Position numbers and translations under genes: made by a program. Of a stretch of 64,000 nucleotides of DNA, positions 11,556 to 24,313 are shown in pieces. Under the pieces are notes generated by a model that ran no database searches, was not told where the DNA came from, and saw only the letters and a program-made list of their open reading frames with translations. Every line of letters begins with the position of its first letter. Position 1 is the stretch's first letter. Source of the DNA: Chrysomallon squamiferum (taxonomy: Eukaryota > Animalia > Mollusca); the NCBI GenBank assembly GCA_012295275.1, contig CM022667.1:17546001-17610000 (forward strand). The letters are read 5' to 3'.

Positions 11556-14500
11556 TATAAATTTTAAAAATTAGAAAAATGCACGAGCATGCACACACCT
11601 GTGTATGTGAAATCATTAAGGGGTATCTGAAGATAATCCACGTCACCCGCTCAGAACAGGGCGGCGCGGTCAGTGAACCCTCGTAAGTCCAGTAGTCTCT
11701 TAAGCTAGGATCTGAAAAATGAAAATGTCATTTTCTTTTTTATTATTATGCCGCAGATTTACTGGAATTTGAATCTGAACAAAACATTGGAAAGACATTA
11801 AAATCTACCTATATTTATTTTGTATATTTGCAAACTGTTTCATTGGTAACGCTCGACAATCTTTGCCAGATATAAAGTATTTCAATAATTGGCAGGTCGT
11901 TATGAATGACATGCAAATTAAAACTAATTTCAAAAAAGAGAATTTAATTTTTTTATTAGTATTTTTTAAATAAATCATTATTTGTTTGTTTGATTCACTT
12001 TCAACGTATATGTAGCGATCAAATAAAAAATAACAGCATCCATTTATCCTGACTTCTTGTTATTTTGTTGTTTACAATTTATTTCTATGAAAGTTTAGTA
12101 TCCGATGTTAAAGAAAACTGTACAAACCAGTAAAGGTAAACTTTAAACTAAAAACTAACTGTTAAAATAAGAAGATAAAACAAATAAACCTGGAAGTAGT
12201 GTGTTTGGGTTGAATGGCGCTGTGATGGTCTTCTGTCGACCCTGGAATTATGACAGATTTATCGGTTATAAAATGGCATGAATTATCTCCCTTATAAATA
12301 GTGGAGGCGAAATGCTTTTTAATGTTAATAAAATATGTCGCGTATAAATCATCATTATATTAATATTTTGTAAATAATCTTTTTTAATATACACAGTGAC
12401 AGAATTGTATGAATTACATTTATCTGTTATAAAATCAGTTTAAGTTTAAAATGTTTATTTAATTACATACACTCGGATAAGAGTATGTTTGCCTTCAAAG
12501 ATTTTTTCCTCAAATGGTCGAGAAAAACAACAATAACATTAATGATATTAATGATAATAATAATAATAATAACAACAAATTATACTGACAAATAATGACA
12601 AATTATAACTCACCTTAAACTGTACATGTTCTAGGTTATCAGTTATTAGACGTAGACTAGGATGTTCTCTACCGATCTGTAATAATAACAACATCAACAA
12701 TAGTAACATTAATAATAACATTAATAATAATAATAATAATGTTAATAACGATGATGATGACGACAATAAATGATGATAATGATGAACATGATAATAATGA
12801 TATTAATCATTACAACAACAACGGTGATAATGGTAATGACGAGAATGTCTAACATTATAACAATCAATACGATTGCCAAGTTTCATAACGTAGATGATAA
12901 TTATGATGATGATGATGACGACGATTATGAAAAGATGATTACTTGCAGAAATAATTAAAAATAAATAAATGAAATATTAACAAAATCATTAGTTAATCAG
13001 AAATACTAGGTTTTTTTTTCTCCAATTATGTATATAGTAAGATGCGCTGACTGGAGATAATTAAAGTATATAAATGTGTGTTTACTTCATCAGAAATTTT
13101 CATTACACGTTAATCCCAAAATTACACTAAAGTTGAAATCAAGAAACATATAAAAGAACCATACAAACTATGAAATGAGGTAATTATGAAATGAATACGC
13201 AAACGTGTTTGTGTGAGCTTACCAGTGTTGTGTGGGTGTGTTGTGTATGTGTGTGTGTGACGTGTGTGTGACGTGTGTATGTGAGTGTATGACGTGTGTA
13301 TGTGTGTGTGTGACGTGTGTATGGTCGCGAGCTGTTTTTAACTGAATAACAAGTGAAGGTGTGAATTTGGTTTGTTCGAGTTATTATAGTTGTTTTGTTG
13401 TTGTTGTTATTAACTGTCCCTAAAGTAGCTAAGGATTTTAAATTATTATTCTCCTTTTTTTTCTTTTTTCACGCTTGGAAATTACACACATAAAATGTCA
13501 CAAGTGAACAAACAACAAAAATTGTAAAATTTTATTTCAAATGTAAGGCATCAAAAAGCAAACTGTCAAGACTTTTAAGTATCAGAAAATCACCATCAGA
13601 TTTTACATGCGGGCGTACATAAATGTGTGTGTGTGCGTTCTGTACTTTGATTACTTTTTTTTCCCATTTAAATGCAGTTGTCACATCTGTCTTTCTTTCT
13701 TCAAACCAAGGAAGATTAAATACATTTTCTAGCCAAGCAAATTCGATTAACTACTTATTATTTTCCATTTTTGTAATTATCCATCCACCACGAACACTGC
13801 ATGACAGAATGAGTGGAGTCTTACAGTTTAACATGTACTGTACTCACCTGGCTGAATAATGATGCTATGGCAACGCCATGCGGTTTTCCCACCGCGTCCT
13901 CCATTGTTTCATAGAGCGAACTGTTCCAGTGAACGAGCTGCACCTACACAAAAAACATGATGGATAAAACGCAGGTTTCATTACTTTACTTTTAGGACAT
14001 CACGTTGAAGTAATAAACTAATGATATGTCATTACGTCATCGACAGACCCGTTTATTAAGTTAAAATTGTTCTAGTTTTAATAAATAGACACAAGTTTTT
14101 GTGTTTTTGTTTGTATGTTGTTTTGTTGTTGTTGTTTTTTTTTGTTTTGTTTTCTGTTGTATGAGAAAATATTGTGTTTAATGTAATCTTTACATAAATA
14201 TTTGTATTTTTAAATTTTCTACAAAACTATCTTCCTCGGAGAGTTCTTTGCGTGTTACTTTCTTCCAGCTACAATGCTTTATGTCACACATTTCCAGCTA
14301 CAATGCTTTACGTCACACATTTCCAGGGACAATGCTTTACGTCACATATTTCCAGCTACAATGCTTTACGTCACACATTTCCAGGGACAATGCTTTACGT
14401 CACACATTTCCAGGGACAATGCTTTACGTCACACATTTCCAGCTACAATGCTTTACGTCACACATTTCTAGGGACAATGCTTTACGTCACACATTTCCAG

Positions 14501-16472
14501 GGACAATGCTTTACGTCACACATTTCCAGCTACAATGCTTTACGTCACACATTTCCAGCTACAATGCTTTACGTCACGCATTTCCAGGGACAATGCTTTA
14601 CGTCACACATTTCCAGGGACAATGCTTTACGTCACACATTTCCAGCTACAATGCTTTACGTCACACATTTCCAGCTACAATGCTTTACGTCACGCATTTC
14701 CAGGGACAATGCTTTACGTCACACATTTCCAGGGACAATGCTTTACGTCACACATTTCCAAGGACAATGTATTGTTTTACTGACTCCAAGAAGATTTTAA
14801 GTAACTGATCTTAAAGAGAATGCTTTATGTTTTAGTGACCTCCGAAAAGAACTCTTTTGTACTAATAAACAACAGCACGTTTTATTAACATTCTTGTTTT
14901 ACTCACCTCCATCGGGAATGCTTTCCCATTGACGGTATGTTCTGATCCCCTGGCGTTCGTCTTTCCCCAGTGAAAACAAATTTCTGACAAATCATAATCG
15001 TATCCGTACTGAAGAGGTCCTCCGCAAATGCCTGGAAGTGCAGCAATGTCAACAAAAATAGAAGTAATTGTCACAGAATTATATCGTCTATTTATTTATT
15101 TAGTTAGTTAGTTAGTTTTTTTTCATTCCTTTAATAATAATTTTAAAATTATTAAATATCATTTTAGAAGCTTATTTTATATTTTAATATAAATATCACT
15201 AGTTGTATTACAGCTATAATTACAACCATAACACCACGTTGTTATGTGAACTATGACTACTACTACTGCTAGTACTCTACCACTTCAACCACAACAACAA
15301 CATATTTCTTCTACCACCACCATAACCTCCACACCACAATATTATTGGTGCTGTTGGTGCTAAGACTACAAATACTACTATTTCTCTGTTATTTCTATTG
15401 CATTTACTAATACTATAACTACCAAATACTTACTGTTAAAATCATTTTATGTTTTAAAAAATATCATTTAATAAATTGTTTTTCTCACATTGTTTTGCCT
15501 GAGGAAAAACTGCTAGCGTGTGTCCGTTATTGAGAATGTCTGTCTCGCGTGAGGTGCTGTAGTGGAAGGTGAGCGGCCTGTCTTGCAGACTGCCGTCGTA
15601 CACGGCGTGGCGAGACTGCAGGTTCACTGGAGACTGCAGTTTTCCGTTAGCATCGGCAAAACTTGTCTTCCAGTCTCGACAAGAACCTACAAACAAAACT
15701 AAAATTTTGATATCTTTTTAACCTTTTTGGAAATTATAAACTTTGTGGAAATCAAAAAAGGAAAGATAATAAAGATTTTTCTCTAATATATAAAAAAAAT
15801 TAAGTAAACTTGTATACATGTGGTCGTGCAGTAGTTTATGGATATATACCAGTGCTGCCCAACCTTTTCCGAACATGGGCCGGATTTAAGAAAAAACGAT
15901 GCCAGTGGGCCAGACTCACATTTCTAACCTTTCATTTTTTAATACAATTACTTGAAATGGTTTGAAAAAGTATTCAGAACTGAAAACATTGATTCTATTA
16001 TTCTATTTATAGAAATTATCCATTATACAATTATAATTCATAACTCAATTTAAACATAGGGGTCCTACATAAGATACTATTTCTATTACTTCTTCACTGC
16101 TATCAAAAAATTATAGTCTCCAGATATTACATGAATACGAAATGACCATTAAAAATTTTGATTTAGAACCTTACATTCTATAAAACAAATTTAACAATTG
16201 ATCAAGATTAAAAAAACATTTGTTCAAATAAATGGCTTTGTATTTCAATAACAAAAATAACAGTAGTAAGCGTTGATGTTAAGGAATAAACTGAAGACTG
16301 ACTAGCGGGCCGGATTCTAAGGCTTTGTGGGCCGGACATTGGGCAGCACTGATATATACATATAGTTTAAATATATATATATACACACACACATACATAC
16401 ATACACACACACACACAAACATATATATATATATATACACACACACATACATACATACACACACACACAAAC

Positions 16473-16535
<63 letters not shown>

Positions 16536-16969
16536 TACATATAGTTTAAATATATATATATATATATACACACACATACATACATACATACATACACACA
16601 CAAACATATATATATATACACACACACACACATACATACACAATACATACATACACACACACACATACATACACACACACACACATACATACATATATAC
16701 ACACACACATACATACACACACATACACACACATACATACATAAACACATACATACATAAACACATACATACATACACACACATACATACATACACACAC
16801 ATATATATACACACACATACACACACATATATACACACACACATACATACACACATACATACATACACACATACATACATACACACATACATACATACAC
16901 ACACACACAAACATATATATATATATATACACACACAAACATATATATATATACACACACATAAGCAAT

Positions 16970-17010
<41 letters not shown>

Positions 17011-17989
17011 CATACTTGAATTAACACGCGCACACACACTCATATATATACATGCATATACAATACACACATACATACATACACACATACATACATACAT
17101 ACATACATATATACATACATACATACATAGTTTTAAACAGATATAAATAACTACATATATATATATGAAATGAATTATTTAATAAAAGGTTAATATTTAA
17201 TCTGTTTTCTCCTTTATATTATTATACTTTAGTAAAACTGTTATCTGATAAAACAGAAAAAATATTTAAGTCAAAAATATAAATAATAAATGAAGATAAT
17301 TTTTGAAATAAAATAATAAATAACAATTTACAGAGTAGATTTAAATAAATGAATTAATAATTAATTAAAAACAAATAAAAAATACAAATAGCACAACTGT
17401 ATGAAAACCAATAATGAAGACAACAATTTAATTACGTTCACTGGTAATCAATACTTCCTCTAGCAACAGCTGCTGCATTGTTGATTTTTTTGTTGTTTTG
17501 TTTATACGCTGAGGAAATATAAAACACACAATCGATAAATGTTTGCCTACTTGTTTATCTTTTCACCAAATTGCTATGGCATATATTGTTATATATGCTC
17601 TAACCAAAAGAGCAGTTTTCGTCATAATAGTTTATAATTGATATTCTGTCAGTGACTGATCTTACCAGTTTCATTACTCCTTTTCTGTTTTATCCACCTT
17701 CACTTCTTATTTATTTGTGATTTAGACCATTTTAAGTATTTCATATTCATTTTTCAATCCTGGAACTTATGGACATACTAGCATTTTATGTCTCTATCTC
17801 CCTAAACGGCTGATTCTGAAAATCACTGAACTTATGCTAAATATCTTCCTCTCAACCCTAGTTCGCTTCCCGTGTCTTTACAAATTCATAATAGCAAGTA
17901 AATATTTAAAATAATTAATTATTTAAAGTCAATATCAGAAGCTTACCTGAAGGCGATAACTTAATATTTTCTTTACAACCTTTATCCAT
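11020..17989 (-). CDS. CA8: Carbonic anhydrase-related protein VIII (acatalytic alpha-CA)
   Basis: Exons 17989..17947 (putative first exon, [14 protein letters not shown]), 15686..15489, 15031..14907, 13943..13848, 12676..12614, 12241..12190, 11711..11599, 11157..11020. Motifs [108 protein letters not shown] are collinear with vertebrate CA8. Confidence 0.92.
14262..14769. repeat. 29-bp minisatellite, ~17.5 copies, in a CA8 intron
   Basis: Unit TTTCCAG(CT/GG)ACAATGCTTTACGTCACACA, head-to-tail with no spacers; explains the repetitive ORFs at 14248-14808. Confidence 0.97.
15850..16351. mobile_element. Non-autonomous hAT-type MITE with intact termini
   Basis: 13-bp TIR CAGTGCTGCCCAA...TTGGGCAGCACTG, subterminal GGGCCGGA motifs, and a perfect 8-bp target-site duplication ATATATAC (15842-15849 and 16352-16359). 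Confidence 0.9.
16352..17130. repeat. Compound (CA)/(TA)/(CATA) microsatellite block
   Basis: Low-complexity array with recurring ATATATACATATAGTTTAAATATAT subunits; source of the CVCVY ORFs. Confidence 0.95.
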
Positions 17990-19395
17990 GTGTTGTTCGT
18001 TGTTTTGCTAGGTTTTTTAAACTGATATTTCGTTTTGTTTTTTAGGTTTTTTCTCCCGACTTTTCGTAATGCTCGATATCCTTGACTGCTCCACAAACAA
18101 CGATTTAAAATCTCAACGTACGTTGTTTTAAAATGTTACATGCACTACAAATACTCTGCTATTACTGTCATTTCATTTATGCATTTTATATATTTAAAGC
18201 AGATAAACTTCCTTTTATCAGAATAGAGAACATTTGAAATGTTTTCTGAATAAATTAGAAGTTAATTTCATTTGATCCAGTGAATCAGAATCCTACAAAT
18301 GTTTTTTTTTTTTTTTTTTTTTTGGGGTTAGTTCATGCGTGCATATGAAATACAGTTTTATTTTATTTAAATGTTTTATTATTTTACGTTAATTTTATGT
18401 TTGTTTCTTTATTCCCACGAATAACAGCAACTCCTCCTTTAAAATAATGCAAAACTTTAAGTCTGATATCACATTTTCAACAAAAAAAAAAAGAAGAAAC
18501 GCCTTATTTTTATTTGTTCCAAAGACGATTTCAAGCTTTGTGAATGTAGGTATTCTCCTTTCAACTGTTGTTTTATAACTGTTGCAGCTGGTTATAATTA
18601 TTATTATATCCGACAGTTATATATTAGTGGTATAGTTTTGTCTATTATATCCGAAACTCCTTTTTATCGTAACATTTCACAATGGTAATAGTTTTGTTCA
18701 AAATATCCGAACTCCTTTTGGTCGTTGTATTTTATAATAGTGACAGTTTTGTGCATTTAAACATGCGTTCCTTTTAACTGTCGTTTTTCACAATGTTCTC
18801 CTTTCTACCGTTAGACTCCACTAAGTAATATTATTATAATGTTATTATATTCAACACTATATTCCTTTTTACTGTTATATTCCGCGTGATTCCAATTCAG
18901 CTAGAGAGGACCATTTAATTAGAATAATAGCATCCATAGACTTTTCTTATCTTTGATGTCACGTGCGCTAAAATCAGAATAATGATCAATATTAAAGGAG
19001 TGAAATTTCTTCTGAAAGCTTTTTTTTGCAATGCAAAATAAAATAAAAAAATAAAAAATAAAAAAGTAATAAGAAGAAAAAGAAAGAAAGAAAGAAAGAA
19101 AGAAAGAATATAAGACAGTGAAAAACTAGACAGAAGTTTCTAACTACTAGAATTACCAATAAATAAAGGAAAAGGAATTAAGTCAAGATAGCATATATAA
19201 CTGATATCAGTACATTATAAACACACACACACACACACACACACACGAAATACCATAGCTGTAACTAATGATGGAATCTTTCTTAGAATTAAACCAATTT
19301 AAACAAATATACAATTTATTATTTTAGTTTTCATTAAAAAGAAATACCAGAAAACAAAATTCAGTAAATAATTATTAGAAAAAGTACGAACAGGA

Positions 19396-19451
<56 letters not shown>

Positions 19452-20326
19452 AACGACCAGATTTAATATGTCCAAAACTTTTAAATAAACTTTACTATCA
19501 ATCACTTTATCAAGATATTTTTGGTAACAGAATTTCCGGTGTAGAATACATGAAGCAACAACAAATTTAAATATGGAGGAAGTATCAGCTTAAATATTTT
19601 AACAAGTATAAAAATTTAAAATTAATCAAATACATATTTTTAAAGAACGATGAAAAAAAAAAAAGTAAGAAAAGTAGAAGTCAAATTATACCTGTATGTT
19701 TTTGTTTTTTAACGCATAACCGAATACTGGCAACTTGCGACGAACGACATCAGAATACATCTAAAAACACATATATCTGTATACATTTTTGTTATCACCT
19801 TTCATAGTCGCAAACAGATCTCATCAGGCTGGTTGGTTTTTAAATAAACACATCGATCTTTTTACATCAATCCTTTATCCTTCATTCACACCTGAAAACA
19901 ATTTAAAACACCTGTTGCCATTAACAGATGCGGCGCTGGTTGACTTTATTATCGAAGAATCATAATTTTTTTTTTAAAGAAATAATTGTCATTTTTAAAT
20001 CCTTCCAAGACAAGGCGAAGCTCTAGGGAGGTGGTTACTGATTATACATTAGACAGCACATGTTGGCTACAACCGACAATATCCGATGACTAAACCGGTA
20101 GCCAGGGAGTTGCTACGCTGTTTGTTTTATCAGTCCACGCTCTTGTAGCTGATGTCGTTTTACTCGACCGTTCTGTCTGCAGTCTGCTATAGTAATGTAC
20201 AGTGTTAGTATAAGCAGCAGCAGCAGCTAGGAGTAGGGTGGATGCTGTGAGTTCCAAAGCTGTAGTAGTTGTAGCAACAGCAGAAGAGATAGCAGCTGCA
20301 GAGGTATCAATTTGTATAGGTGTGCT

Positions 20327-20611
20327 AGGACGGATCCATCTTTTCTGATGAGGGAGGGGTTCCATGACAAAAAGGGCAACGTAACATTATTGAAAGGCAC
20401 TACTGAAAAATTATACACGGTTTGCATGGACTATAATAATAGTGCTACAACAGGAACGCGGGAAGTGTTCTCCAGTGTTCTTCTATACATTGACAGAAAT
20501 TAAGAAAAACCTTAATAAATTTGTAAAAAAAACTGTAATCCTAAATAAAAGGGGCACTTCTCAAATTTGAGGGGCATCGGACACCTTGGGCCCCCATCTA
20601 GATCCGCCCCA
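20327..20611. mobile_element. Degenerate MITE-like element
   Basis: Imperfect inverted termini GGACGGATCCA ... TAGATCCGCCCC with internal AAGGGCA/GGGGCA motifs; GC-rich island in AT-rich DNA. Confidence 0.5.
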
Positions 20612-21178
20612 TGAGTTTTAGTCCTAGTGGTAGCAGAAGTTGAGTGCCTGTTTTAGGAGTAGGAGGAGGAGCAGGAGTAGCGGTATTAGTCGTAGCAGAC
20701 CGACTACAAGATTTATTTTACAAATGATTGGTATCTGGTTTAATCCGCCTCTGCTGATTACAACACAAATGTTCAAAAAAACCCCAAAAAACAAAACTTA
20801 CTTCTTTTACTTTCCTTCTTTCTTTTTCTGATGTCACTTCCCCAGCCGAAGTGTATTTCATCTGTCTATTAATGCTAGGACGTAACAGCATATTGCATCC
20901 TTTTGTTTGAAATAGTAATTAAACATTTGCCTATGAAATCGCTATACATTTTCCGTTTCTTTAAAACTGTACATCTACAACAATAAAACATAAAAACCAC
21001 ATAAAAATGTTGCTGCTGCAAGTTAACTATTTCGAGTGAACGCGATTAACTAAGTACATAATACTAAGTTATTTATGTATTAACAGGTATCGATTTAACA
21101 GGTAGATAAATGTTAACACGGGGAGAACAATAGCAGAAACTGCACGTGGTGCAACGTTGCCTACGGTCTCATTTAACA

Positions 21179-21192
21179 GTTTCCATAGCAAC
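21179..21192. promoter_or_regulatory. RFX X-box motif
   Basis: GTTTCCATAGCAAC fits the palindromic X-box consensus. A GTTGCC half-site and a CACGTG E-box lie within ~40 bp in a CpG-rich patch. Confidence 0.55.
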
Positions 21193-21596
21193 GGTTTTAT
21201 CGCGCATTTCCGCGCATCGATTATGGATGTAAAAACTTCCAGTTAAAAACCATTTTCAACAGGCATCAGAAAGCAAATAATGACCTTTGAAATTAGCAGT
21301 ATTTTTTGTCTAAAAATAATTGCTGTAAGACATAGAGTTAGTGATATCCTTTTTGAAGCAGTTACCGGAGATTATTTGCTGAAATATAAAACTTACTGAA
21401 TATACGTAAATGAAAAGCTAGGACATTGAGTCACTGGGTAAGTTAGTTGCAGAACTAATCGAAGACAAATTATTTCCTGATATACTTAGATGGCATTACT
21501 TTTCAATAAAAAATTAATTTGTCTGGATCACCTCCGAAAAAGAAACTGCAACAACAGATATACTGAGGCATTATCAGTGACAAATAACACAAAAAT

Positions 21597-22540
21597 ATGG
21601 AGAGAGAGGAACTGAAAGAAATAGTGAAGAAACTGAAGGAGAAAAGAGTATAACATAAACACACCCACAACAACGTATGCACACACACACACACACGCAC
21701 GCACGCACGCACATACATACACGCACGCACACACACACCATTTTATCTTGACCATCTTATCTTCTAGATTATAATCCAAAAACAGCTTTGGCATATTCGT
21801 GATTTTAGAAAAAGGCCGGCATTAATATACAATCGTTGAAAAATATTATACGTTTTCATTAATTAAATCGATAATTAGAACGAGTCTATCGACGTGTACT
21901 TCGCAACCTTATCAAAAAGATTACAGAAGAAAGATAATAAAAAAATATATTCAAAAAAGGCATTTAAAAAAAATAAAGTAACCAAATTTTTAAAAAACAC
22001 AGCATTCAGAACAGTCGTAACATGCTGAATTCAGTGATTCGATTTTACTTAGCATAAAGAAAGAGAAAACAGGTTCTATAGCTCTAGTGAGAATAGTGGT
22101 GAAAGACTATGGTGAGATAATCAATCTACGTCTTTGGATCAGCGAAGAAATTTTTTTTTTTTAAAAAATAATTTAGTGACAGAGTAGGTTATCAGAGGGT
22201 TTGAATAGCTATCACCAGGGAAACAAAATGACGTTACTTTATTGTCTGTTTTTCTTTCTTGTTTTTCTCTTTTCTGTTTTCCATTCCTTTCTGTATCTTT
22301 TCTTTTCTGTTTTTCACTCCTTAATGTGTCCTTCCCCTCTCACTTCCCTTACGCTTTCTCTATGGGTGTCTCAGAAAGGGGGACAAATGCTTTACGTAAA
22401 CACCGGTTTATGATATTGATATCGGAAAAGTCCATTATTATCTCCTTAACTCAGTCATTCACTTCCATTATACTCTATATCTGTCAGACTCTGTCTGAAT
22501 TTATATATATGTATGTATGTATGTATCCGTCTATACGTGC

Positions 22541-22613
<73 letters not shown>

Positions 22614-22717
22614 TGTGTGTGTGTGTATTATATATACGTTGTTGTGGGTGTGTGTTTATGTTATACTCTTTTCTCGTTCAGTTTCTTCACTATTTCTTTC
22701 AGTCCCTCTCTCACCAT
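21597..22717. repeat. Inverted pair of ~80-bp repeats (21597-21678 and 22634-22717), each adjoining a (CA)/(TG) tract
   Basis: GAGAGGAACTGAAAGAAATAGTGAAGAAACTGAAGGAGAAAAGAGTATAACATAAACACACCCACAACAACGTAT is close to the reverse complement of the 22634-22717 sequence. Confidence 0.85.
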
Positions 22718-23426
22718 CCCTCATTCAACTAACTCATCTTCCTATTTTCCAAGCTAATCAGAATAAAATAGAAATGACACTATTCTCAATATATTCATTG
22801 TATCGTGAGGAGGTATATAGGACAAAGCTGCGTGTTGTGTACGCTGATATCCACTGAGATCGTCAAAGAAGCATTTAAAAATAATATTCATACATACATC
22901 AGTGTTCAGCATACAATCAATACCATCTGTCTAGGTTTCAGATTTCTTTTAACTGCTTTCATACAATTTTGATCGATAAAATAAGTAAATGCATATAAAT
23001 CATAAGTGACCCGTTATATCAAACTGAGTAGAAAGCCACGTAGATTTGTTTTTCTTAAATACATGAAAGGTAACAGTTTGCTTGTTAAGTTGTTGTATCA
23101 TCCTGGTTATTAAGGAAATAGAGGTGACTGATTTAGTCGAGTTTTTCTTTAAATAAAACATTTTGACACAATACCACAGAAACAGAGTAGCACAAAATAA
23201 TTATTTATATTTCATTTAAAGCTTAGATCACATCCTAACTGATTATTTAAAAAAGTTATCAAAGGGTTTGAATGGATATAACCAGCAAACAAAATGACGC
23301 AACTTTGTCTCTGTTTTCTTTATGTGTCCTTTTTGTCTCACTTCTGTTATACTCTCTTTAACTCACTCATTCAGCTCCGTTATAACTGTTTATCTCTGTA
23401 TCTCTCTGTCTGTCTGTCTCTCTCTC

Positions 23427-23523
<97 letters not shown>

Positions 23524-24105
23524 GTATGTATGTATAATGTATGATGTATATGTATTTATATGTGTATACAAGGTTCAATTCAAATCAGCATACTAATCCT
23601 ATCCATATATAGATTTTACTGACCTACTAGTGATCTTAAACTAAACGAAACCTTAAATCTTAATCTATTTTTAAAAATAGATACAGCAAGGTTGTACTTC
23701 AAATTAGTGAAGTCTTGTGAAACTATCTTTATATATAAAGTTGCTGACATTCTGTATATTTTTTAATATAATAGTCTCAATTAAAATGTTTCTTACACTT
23801 CAAACGTCTAAAGAGTCATTACTTATTCTGCCTAACATTAAAACTTATCCTCAGTTTAAACCTAAAATCTAATCACAAATATAATATAAACTACCCTGAA
23901 CCGATCCTAATCTCAGATCGAAAGTATTTTCAAAGTTTTATTATGAACTGTATTTATTATATTAAAGACTAGAGACAATTTCGTATGTTCGCGCGTATAT
24001 GTCTAACGTGTTTCTAATAGTTTCATCATCCAAATCTTCATATTAATTACTTGAATCTAACTAAACTAAACCTGATCTTAAACGAGAGTGGTAGTATAAG
24101 CTCAC

Positions 24106-24313
24106 CTTTATACATGAAAGGCCGATCCTTCTCATTTAGGTCAACCATTTTTGTTTGAGGTATGCTTTGACGTCGTCGTCGATTCTGGTCATCGTTGTCT
24201 TGTTGCATAATGATGTCGTTGTTTGCATCCAGGCGCATGCGACGAACGTTCACAACGTGGTAACCCTTGAACTCAGCTGGTGGCGTGAGAAAATGAACGA
24301 CAGAAGTTTTCAT
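24106..24313 (-). CDS. Putative alternative first coding exon of CA8 (69 aa)
   Basis: Acceptor tttacag|A then ATG; open frame MKTSVVHFLTPPAEFKGYHVVNVRRMRLDANNDIIMQQDNDDQNRRRRQSIPQTKMVDLNEKDRPFMYK+G|gtgag. The phase-1 end is compatible with CA8 exon 15686. Possible upstream non-coding exon donor at 24575. Confidence 0.55.

Noticed and set aside
14248-14808. Long repetitive ORFs and a CRISPR-like appearance
   Set aside because: Head-to-tail 29-bp units with no unique spacers, in a eukaryotic intron. The ORFs arise because the unit lacks stop codons.
16279-17124. Cys/Val/Tyr-rich ORFs of 190-240 aa
   Set aside because: Translations of compound microsatellite; the same applies to ORFs at 6023, 7241, 21503, 22513 and 23294.
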